Part shown: piece after piece, positions 53,506 to 64,000 of the stretch
How positions within the stretch are numbered: position 1 is the stretch's first letter
How the letters are laid out: every line of letters begins with the position of its first letter
Assembly (NCBI RefSeq): GCF_006345805.1
Contig: NC_043005.1
Span: 78,120,001-78,184,000, forward strand
Direction: 5' to 3'
Source: Octopus sinensis
Lineage: Eukaryota
Length of the DNA: 64,000 bases
Made by a program: the position numbers and the translations under genes
Notes under the pieces: model-generated
Database searches by the model: none
Told to the model about the DNA's origin: nothing
What the model saw: only the letters and a program-made list of their open reading frames with translations

Positions 53506-53537
<32 letters not shown>

Positions 53538-54016
53538 TGTATGTATACAGGCGCTGAAAACTTTATGGCTTTGGGTAAAAGAAAATAGAGGAGGATGAGT
53601 GGATGAGTTAATTATGGTTTTATTCAGAATATTCCCCTCTCTGATTCGGTCTTTTTGCAGCGGGCCTTCAGTTTTTCTGAGCCCTGTGTAGGAACTCAGA
53701 AGGGTGAGCCTCCAATCAGGCCCTTCATGATACATGATACATACATAAATATGTTTCTTTATTTCTTTTGTGTTTTCCAGCCTCAAAGCTGTGGTCATGC
53801 TGGGGATACACTATTTTCACCACCTTTCCAATTGCCATTTTGAGGCGGTTGGTTTTCGTTGAATGAAGGATTTTGATATTACTGCCCTGCATTGAGTTTG
53901 ATGCCGTGATATATACTTATATGGGATGCTGAATAACAGAAGTTCAAGGTTCTTGAAAATATCTACACCTCCATTGCACGTAGATCCCTTAGATTTTTCG
54001 GCAAGATTTTAAGCAG
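53266..54016 (+). other. Three candidate exons (53266-53354, 53419-53460, 53940-54016), phase-compatible but with two in-frame TGA
   Basis: GT-AG boundaries; 64-nt pyrimidine-rich intron; conceptual product EFMGATVFEDSSCRCILEMMSRYTADN**K/VICTIGDVLYSYML/KFKVLENIYTSIARRSLRFFGKILS. Confidence 0.25.
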
Positions 54017-54173
54017 GTGTGAACCCTTAAAACAGAAGCTATTGCAATACTTATCCCTTACTCTAGACAGAATAGCTGCAACGTTTGGTACTGAACAGTG
54101 ACTTCTTTTTCAGTGACAGCTACAACTCTCGTTGCTAATAACTTGTAGCAGTCCTCCATACACACACATACAT

Positions 54174-54441
54174 ATGAATTTTTTGTGTAATGAGATAAAA
54201 AAACCAAGGCTGTATAGATATTAGAGTATTTATAGCTAGAAGGTCTTACAGCTGTTTCTAGGATATTAATTAATAACAATATCCCTCCATCGGAGACGAT
54301 GTGAGAGGGATAGTTAAGCCATAGTTAGTTTCGATGTGATATAAATAGAGAGTGAGGTGGAGGAAAGAAAATAAATGTAAGACATGTATGGTTATTTCTA
54401 TACAGCCTTGGTTTTTTTATCTCATTAAACAAAAAATTCAT
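54174..54441 (-). mobile_element. 268-bp element with 45-bp inverted ends and an internal hammerhead-like motif (54243-54297)
   Basis: Arms 54174-54218 / 54397-54441; minus strand GUCU CCGAUGG A GGGAUAUU..AAUAUCCU A GAAAC AGCU GUA AGAC. Confidence 0.7.
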
Positions 54442-54577
54442 TTTTTCACATGCTGACATAGAACCAACGTTGAACGAAGCCTTTATTCGCAATATTACTG
54501 AATCTGGAACTTAACTATGGTCTATCTATAGCACTTATTCAGCATTACCTGACACCTTTGGGTCTCAATGACACAAT

Positions 54578-54608
<31 letters not shown>

Positions 54609-55200
54609 ATGTTCTATATGAGTGTACAAGTGATGTATGTTTGTGTATGCGTGCATGCATGTATACAAGTGTGTGTACACGTCACAATGGCTCTGTAGAC
54701 CAACAACAGATATTTCGAAAGCAAAGCTTCCGTTTTTGGATATTTAGATTAACCGTAAATGTCATCTCTTCGGTTTACCGGCTTTCGTTTTATCTGAAAT
54801 GATGTCATTAAAAAAATATTTTCGTCTGCTTTTGAAAACCAAGGAATCATACGAATTATTACTCTTGATGTCGCGAGATATTTTTCTTTAGATGTTTGTT
54901 TGAATGTAAAATAATGTGTATCATATTGTCCCTTCAGCTATTAAGAACTATAGCTATGTACATATTGAGGTTAAGTCTTTTATCTATACACTATCATTTA
55001 TATTTGTATGTGGCATTGATGTTTCCAATTGTTCTATTGACTGAATTATGAGACTAAGTTACAATACATACACACTCGCGTGCGCACATTTTTAGATGTT
55101 TTGTTCGGTGTCAGCGGACATAGTTTTAGAACTTGTTCCTCCATTCCTCCAACATGGATTATATATATGTATGTATATATATATATATATATATATAAAT

Positions 55201-55546
<346 letters not shown>

Positions 55547-55909
55547 TATATAAACACACGCACGCACTCACACACACACACATACACACACACACACACA
55601 TATATATATATGCACATACTCACAAATGCACATATGTGAAGGCGTGTGGCTTATTGGTTATTTGGTTAGCCTGTAACTCAAAGTGCTAACCTTGTAACGT
55701 TCTGCTCCACGCTACATCTCGCTGTGAACTGCATTAAAGATGCGCGTGTCTGTGGAGTACTCAATAATTTCCAAGTTAATTTCAAGAGCAGGCTGATTCG
55801 TTGATCGGTGTGCGATTCTAATGCAACAGATTCGAATATAGCCTCAGTTTCATTATTACCTATTAGGTAGGTAAGAAACGCGCAGAAGCGTGTCGTGTAT
55901 ATATTTCTA

Positions 55910-56110
55910 TATAGTAAATCCAAAAAAGAACAAACACACACACAAAAAAAACGCAGCAACGCGAGGACGTGGTACATGTAAAGTATTAGCATACGTTCAG
56001 GGAAGGAAAGAAAGATGGTTTAATGTTTCGAGCAAACGCCCTTCTTCGGAAAGAGAAGAAAGTCCAATAGAAAAGAAGACGGCGGATGAAAATCGCCAAC
56101 GATGCTCATG
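55910..56110 (-). mobile_element. Family H hammerhead-bearing repeat, degenerate
   Basis: Minus 56018-56052: UUU CCGAAGA A GGGC GUUU GCUC GAAAC AUU AAAC. Confidence 0.7.
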
Positions 56111-56764
56111 TGTTTGATAGATGTTTAAACACATCCATATCAATAGAGAGCAAATATTTACAATGACTCCGCTGCTAAATATTTTGGCAAAATAAAAAAA
56201 ATAGGACAGTACCGCGACAGACAAGCCAGAAATAAGCATAGGCTAGAGTGGGAGTGAGAGATGAATGAGAATAGTATCCACTTTATCTACAAACAGAAGA
56301 CAATAGGGAGAATGTAGTCTTCAAAAAAAAAATCTAAAATTAGATCTCTAGTATTATGACAGACCGTTTAACTATCTAAGAAAAAGGAACTTTACATTCG
56401 GTTATATCGACACCATAGGGTAGGTCATGGAGTGGTAAACTAAAATGTCTGATGAGTGTGTGTGTGTGTTATATGTACACCTATCTACTTCTCTCTCGCT
56501 GTGTGCATGAAGATATATATTTCTGCGTGTGTGTGTTTAAATAGTTTAGGTTCCCCGAGTGCGGCTTTTTCAAAGTGGGGTATAACATATTGAATTTGAA
56601 TAAACAAATTAGCAGATGAAACTTCGAAGTCCCTGTCAATAAAATTATTGAAAATTCACTTCAATTTAGTATGGCATTCAACTAATATTTGCTTTTTTTA
56701 TATTTTTTGCGCACAAAACTATTCTTCCTTAGACTAATACCTGTGTTGTCATACACACACACAC

Positions 56765-56797
<33 letters not shown>

Positions 56798-57245
56798 TGT
56801 TGTATGTATGTATGTATGTATGTATGTATGTATGTATGTATGTATGTATGCATGCATGTATGTATGTATATATGTATGTATGCATGTATGTATGTATGTG
56901 TGTATGTATGTATGTATGTATGTATGTATGTATGTATGCATGTATGTATGTTTGTATTTATGGATGGATGCTTGCAAGTATGTATATATGTATGTATATA
57001 TATATATATATATATATATAAATGTTTATAAATTTCATTCAAGGATTATTGTTATTATAACTATAGACACACACATGTGTGTGTATTCCCGTCACGTACT
57101 ATTATGTCTGGAAGGTGTCCAATTAATTTAAACAATACTACAGATTAAATTGCTACTCTTCTTACATACTTCCATTCTCCTTGTCTATATCGATCATAAT
57201 TGCTATTTTACAAGTACATATTTCATTACGTGTGCGCTCGAGTGT

Positions 57246-57290
<45 letters not shown>

Positions 57291-57566
57291 CGTCTGGACG
57301 ATCGTGTGTCTGTATGATACCTTTAATTTAATCTTCCGCCTACATTTCATTTCAAAATTTCATGAAGTTTTTTTTAACTATATTACTTGCTTAAGTAATC
57401 ACTTTGAGGACCTGAATTTTATGTTTGTTCACTTAACTTATACATAAATCATGTAAATGTATGTGTATGTGTGTGTGTGTGTGCATACACACACACATAC
57501 ACACACACACACACCACACACACACACACACATATATATATACGTAAATATATACTTATATTTATG

Positions 57567-58480
57567 CAGTCGTGGCCATAATATAAGGGTCAGTCAGAAC
57601 AAGTGTATTGAAATAGTAATTATACGAGATTAATAACACGTTGAGACAGGATATTTTACACATATTTAGATATATCTAATATTTATTTCTCGTGAAAATT
57701 CTGAGGGAATGGAATAAATATTTGGTAAGTTATAAAGAAATAAACAAAGTCTTCCAAAATGCAGCAGGCCAAAAAATTAAGGGTCACTTAGAAAAATATG
57801 AACTACTAACCGAGGTATTTGTTGTTTAGAAGACTGTTAATGGACTAACAATTACTTCTTATGATCTTACATTATTGGAACACTCAACTGTCAACATGGC
57901 AGCATGTGAAAGATGACCAGTATCCTGTGATGAATAACAAAGGATTGTATGCCTTTACCAAGAGAACAAGTAAAATTTGATGATAGCAACTACTGTAGGA
58001 AACTCTAGAAGTGTTGTGCAACGAATTGTAGCTCACTTGAAGTCATCAGCATCGACAAATGCTAAACCTAAAACTGGTCAAACTTCACCAAGACAGGATC
58101 GTATTATGGTTAGAATGCCACTGATGGATAGGTTTAAGAGTGCTGGTGAGATATCATGCAAATTTAAGCTCCACTTCCGATGTCAACGTGTCATGCAAAA
58201 CAGTTTCTCGGAGGTTATGAGGTTCTGAGTTGCTTGCTCGGGCACCAGCAAACAAACCTCTGATCTCCAAGAATAAGAATCAAAGAGCCCGTCTTTGTTT
58301 CACTCACGATCATGTCATTTTGGGCACAAGAACATGAATCATAGTTTAATGTGATTGGTTCCACTGGCGGAATGTAAGTCTGACAAAGAAGTGGCGAAAG
58401 GTTATCTCGTGCATGTGTGAAGAAGACAGTGGAATATGGAGGAAGCAGTGTAATGGTATGGGGAGTGATCTCTGATGCTT
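57567..58480 (+). pseudogene. Decayed Tc1-like transposon: left IR/DR terminus and transposase fragments
   Basis: HTH region IATTVGNSRSVVQRIV..TSPRQDRIMVRM..DRFKSA; KPLISKNKNQRARLCF; KKTVEYGGSSVMVWGVIS. Confidence 0.8.
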
Positions 58481-58666
58481 GTCAAGCACAGTACAAAGAT
58501 CAATGGGAACAGGCAGTCCCCTTGGAAGATGCCCCCCTCCCCAAAATTTCTACTGTCCCTAAGCTTCTTCCGTGTGCTGTAAAGGTTCATCCTCCAATTC
58601 GCCATACTATTTCCAAGCAATCGCTCAGCATTCGATGCAATATTATTATTATTATTATTATTATTA

Positions 58667-58718
<52 letters not shown>

Positions 58719-58721
58719 CCT

Positions 58722-58757
<36 letters not shown>

Positions 58758-58933
58758 CTCCTTTTAGTATAAATATAAGTTAATATAAAAAAATCAGAGA
58801 CATAACATTTCTTTTCCATCTTGAGAGATAGCGATAAAGTTTCTGAAAAGATTCCCCACTGGCGTCCTAGAAATACGATATTATATGTACATGTATATGT
58901 ATCTCTCTCCATCTCCCTCTCTCTCTCTCTCAC

Positions 58934-58966
<33 letters not shown>

Positions 58967-59098
58967 CTATATGTATATATATATGCATGTACGTATGTAT
59001 GCATGTATGTATATGTGTATGCATATCTATGTATCTCTTTATCTATTTATGTAAGTAGGTAGGTAGTTATACACACACACACATATGTATGTATGTAC

Positions 59099-59161
<63 letters not shown>

Positions 59162-60335
59162 CGAATGCACAGGTGTGCACGTATGTATGTGTGTATGTAT
59201 GCATGTATGCATATATTCACGAATTCCTAATGTTTACAGAACCAATATCCCCTGTCTGCGCGCAAAATAACGATTTCTATCTTATTGAATATTCTGAACA
59301 AAATTACTCTAACGAAAACTAAGCTCTATAATTTACTATCTTCTTTGGAGATAAATATATAAACCAATTCAATAAACACTTGATATATTGCTTCCGAATT
59401 TTTATTCGTTTTCAAGTGGAGCTTTCGACACTAAACTCGTTGGGAAAACCCTCATCTGTTGCGTTGGGCTTTTTAGCGAGGCTATTCTACTAATAATCAA
59501 TAACAAGACTAGCAAATAAAACTATCGGTTGTGATGCGTGCAATATTTATCCATGTCTTCATATACCTACTCCTTATTTGTTTCCATTTTATTTAATAAA
59601 TACTTAATAATTTTGATGTTCCTGGTGCTATTTTTCACAGATTTCGTGTAGCATTTTAACACGAAATATTAAGTTATCACCTACAATTTAGATTAACCTT
59701 CTTTGTTTTCATCTTATTATGTTATGCTTTAAAATGAATGAATGCATTTCTGTCCCTCACTGTCTTTTTCCAATTTCGCATTATCTATAAAATTAAAACT
59801 TACTTGCCGTCAGGCTTATTCTTTCCTTCCTGAGGTTATTAATGGATTCTCTTTTGTATTACAAAACAAACATTCTGTTCTTCTTTTCCCTTAATTCTTA
59901 TGTAAGAAAAACTCTATAGAGTCTACGCTTTTCTGTCAATATATTCTCATTGTTTTCTGATTTTTGTTTTATGTAGAATAAATGCATCCTTTTAGAAAGA
60001 TGTGGCTGTGAGAGAGAAGTACTTTATTCAAGTGAAAACAAAGCAATTTCCATTAGAAATCTCCATAAAAGTGCTTACAGATTAATATATTGATATTATG
60101 GATGTTTCTTTGCTGGCGTGTATATATACTTCGATACATACATGCGCCATGAAAGTTCGATTTTAAATACACATACAAATATATGTGCATATATATATAC
60201 ATGCGTAGATACATTCACATGTATAGGTATATATATACACATATATACAAATATGTATATATATACATATACACAGAGATATATACATACCCATACACAC
60301 ACATATATTCATATAGATAGATATAAATATAGGAA

Positions 60336-60565
60336 AGTGGCGAGCTGGCAGAAACGTTAGCACGCCGGGCGAAATGCGTAGCCGTATTACGTCTGCCGTT
60401 ACGTTCTGAGTTCAAATTCTGCCGAGGTGGACTTTGCCTTTCATCCTTTAGGGGTCGATTAAATAAGTACCAGTTACGCACTGGGGTCGATATAAATGAC
60501 TTAATCCTTTTTTCTGTCCTTGTTTGTCCTTTCTGTGTTTAGCCCCTTGTGGGTTGTAAAGAAAT
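60336..60565 (+). mobile_element. SINE family A, full length
   Basis: Family head, central domain and tail. Confidence 0.88.
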
Positions 60566-60794
60566 CGATATAAATATAGAAAGGTACATGCGTATATATG
60601 GAATATATAAACATTCTTACAAAAATTAATTTCCTTTCATACCAGAACGACAGCTATTGTAATGCAGCTTTAGGTACTTCGTAATACACCGAAAAGATCG
60701 GGTACATTGCTGATAATAGAGTTGCTATAACACTAAATGTTAGTCAGCGTTATTCTTGCAGGTATAAACGAAGTGGTATTGCGTATCTCGACGA

Positions 60795-61025
60795 CGGTGA
60801 GCTGGCAGAAACGTTAGCACGCCGGGTGAAATGCTTAGCGGTATTTCGTCTGCGTTACGTTGTGAGTTCAAATTCCGCCGAGGTCGACTTTGCCTTTCAT
60901 CCTTTCGGGGTCGATAAATTAAGTACCAGTTACGCACTGGGGTCGATGTAATCGACTTAATACCTACGTCTGTCCTTGTTTGTCCCCTCTGTGTTTAGCT
61001 ACTTGTGGGTAATAAAGAAATAGGT
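60795..61025 (+). mobile_element. SINE family A, full length
   Basis: Family head, central domain and tail. Confidence 0.88.
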
Positions 61026-61966
61026 AATAATAAAAGACTCATCACTTGTAATACTATTAATCATAAAGTTAAACATTGGCTAAGCTTCCGCTCAGATTGT
61101 CGAAAACACAAAAGAGAAACAACCATCCCCCCATATAGTAGAAATACAAACACCTCTTAATGTAATGGTGAATTGAGTCCAAATAGATCCGAACCGTGCT
61201 TCGAAAGCCTTATTCTGAACAATGTTAATTTGGAAAACAGATCTTTATCTAGTAAGTGTAATAAGCCAAAAATGAAATGACAAACTTCGCGATGATTGTA
61301 ATCACCACATCTTTTATAATTACAGTAGAACTTGTAAATCTACGTTTAGATATATAACTCCATAGTAACTATAACAATAGGGAAAATAGGTTACGTAAAG
61401 AGAAATAGCCCTCTTTTCAGACTTCAAGTAACCACCGATGTTCCGGGATTTTTCTTCCGCGTATTGAAGAGGTACTTTCCGTGTTCTAGTATGCAGAGCA
61501 AAATAACATGCATACTGTGAAATTGGTGTACTCTACCACACCTATTCTCGCTAACATTATAACCACAGTAACCAGAGGAAATTAGTATTAATAATAAAGT
61601 GCGTGATTTTAATTATTCAAATGACAGCTTTGATTGTAGCCAACACATGCATAATACGTCCGTATCCGACCTAAGTACTGTTAATGTGTACTGGGTCCCC
61701 TTCGAACAATAATATTAATACTGCTACAATAAATAAAGTTACAGCAACTAATAAATGTTTAAGTATGGGTATAATATAAATGTCACTTAAATAACCAGTG
61801 ACTCCAAGCAAATTTAGTATATCAATATTCTGTTCAACACCTGATAAAGTACACTACTATACAAATGCCACGGCGTCTTTGTTTAAATTAAGATGGAATA
61901 ATCATATCGTTAAATTCTTCATTAGTTTCTTAAGAGAAGAATATTAATTACTCAAGTTCATGGTCG

Positions 61967-62020
<54 letters not shown>

Positions 62021-62051
62021 GTTGTTGTTGTCGTCATCATCATTATTATTA

Positions 62052-62087
<36 letters not shown>

Positions 62088-62984
62088 AAGGAGGTGGAGT
62101 AATTGTAATTTGTGTTCTATGGAGGCGTTAGAAATCATAAGGTATATATCTGGTCTTATTAATAAAAGAAGTGAATTAGTGATCGGTTGTTTCTACTAAT
62201 TGAATAAAACATACATAATGATTCTTGTTTAGCTATCCTGGTTTCCACAATGTTAATGACATCAACTCCGTCCTCCATGTTACTATAAATTTACATTGAA
62301 TATTTTTAATGTATTCTAAACACTTGCCCCCCACTTAACTAATTCCTATACACACGCACACACACACGCACACACACACGCACATTCCCACTCCGTCTAC
62401 GCACGTATGCCAAAACATACAAACACTCACAACTACACCCACCCACTCAAACAGCTACACCCACACATATTCATCCTCTTCTGACAGCTTTTGACCCACT
62501 ATTGACTCTTGCATCTACGCACATTCACTCACCCGTCACTATAGCTGCTGATCTCTGCCACCCGTTCAAACAACTGCCACCATAACTGTTAATCTCTCAG
62601 AGAGACATTAACACTCACACACACACACGGACAGACTACACATACGAGCACAAACACACAAACACACACACCACACACACACCACACACACACACACACA
62701 CGCACACACACAGAGGCTATCACGCACATGGTAACACGCACATGCACAACACAATGCACACACACACAGCACACACACAGTTACCACTACACAAACACAC
62801 GCTACCACGCACACACATATACACGTTACCATTCATACACGCACTGCCGCGCACACACCACAAGCTGCCGCACAATCACGTGCGCACACGCTTGTTGGGC
62901 ATTTCAGCACTCTCCTATTCCAGAAAGTATCTTCTCTTTTTATTCCTACTTCGGGTCACTTACTTCAAACATGTAACCAGACTT

Positions 62985-63172
62985 GATTGTTAGCAACCTT
63001 TTCTTCCTTCGTCTTGGACTTGCCTGATTCTTCCTGTTTCCGAAGAAGAGCTAAAACTCGAAAAGTAAAGCTGTTACTCTTTTCTTTCTCTGAGCGTCTT
63101 ATTAATACATTACTTGTGCCACGTCCAAACGTTTGTTTTCTTTCTTTTTCTCGGTATTTTTTGAATTGGCTA
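62985..63172 (+). mobile_element. Family H hammerhead-bearing repeat, degenerate
   Basis: 63036-63071: GUUU CCGAAGA A GAGC UAAA ACUC GAAAA GUA AAGC. Confidence 0.65.
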
Positions 63173-63374
63173 TACACACACACATATATATATATATATA
63201 TGCATGCATGTATGTATGTATGTATATATATATGTATGCATATATATGTATATATGTATGTATGCACGTTTATGTATATGTGTGTGTATGTAGACAATGT
63301 ATATGTCTATATACATATGTATGTAAATCTATCTAGCTATATATATATATGCATATATATATATACATATATAT

Positions 63375-63430
<56 letters not shown>

Positions 63431-64000
63431 ATATAATACACACATACATACACAGTTATTACTATGTAAACATCATGTTTATTTTCGTTTCTAATTAAAA
63501 AGCAAGTTATAATTACTCTGTATAAACAAAATAATTTCTTAACAATTTCTAAACGGAAGTAAATTGTTTCATTCATGCCTAATTGCTTAATTTTAATAAC
63601 TTTCTGTAAAATTCGTTGATAAAAAGAAGTTGCTGTTTTTGGTTTTGACCGACACCAGTAAAAGTTATAAATATGTACAGCTGGAGGAAAGAAATATTTT
63701 AAATGTTTTCAGGAGAAATAGCTATCAATTTACATGAGGAATATCAGAATTAATCTATCTTGCTATATTTGATACGTGTTATATAATATTCGATGTATTT
63801 AGAAAATGCTATAGGCATGAAACTGTGAATACAATAAGGAAAATAATAACAACAACAACAACAACAGCAATAATAATTATTTTTTCTGGTTTTCGCACGA
63901 AGACAATTTTAATGCGGCGGATGGGTTAGTCGATTACTTAAGCTGGCAACTAATTTTATCGACTTTGATTTGATAAAATGTAAAGTCAATCGAAGAACGC

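Overview
AT-rich, microsatellite-saturated eukaryotic DNA. Its tRNA-derived SINE families and composition suggest a coleoid cephalopod, probably Octopus (inference). Most ORFs in the supplied track are translations of simple repeats. The only unambiguous protein-coding sequence is a 5'-truncated Penelope-like retroelement (RT + GIY-YIG endonuclease, 46359-48265). It sits between ~1.05-kb inverted copies of its own 3' end, each carrying a hammerhead-ribozyme-like motif. The window also holds at least three other kinds of hammerhead-bearing short repeats: eight copies of a ~200-bp family, a nested 100-bp perfect fold-back insertion with a 14-bp TSD, and a 268-bp element with inverted 3' ends. 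There are about ten further palindromes or inverted duplications, two microsatellite-bounded tandem duplications, mariner/Tc1/RTE fossils and many SINEs. A few short GT-AG-bounded open segments (37.6-38.6 kb, 53.2-54.0 kb) may be exons of an unidentified host gene on the + strand. All alignments and RNA folds were done by eye; none were computed.
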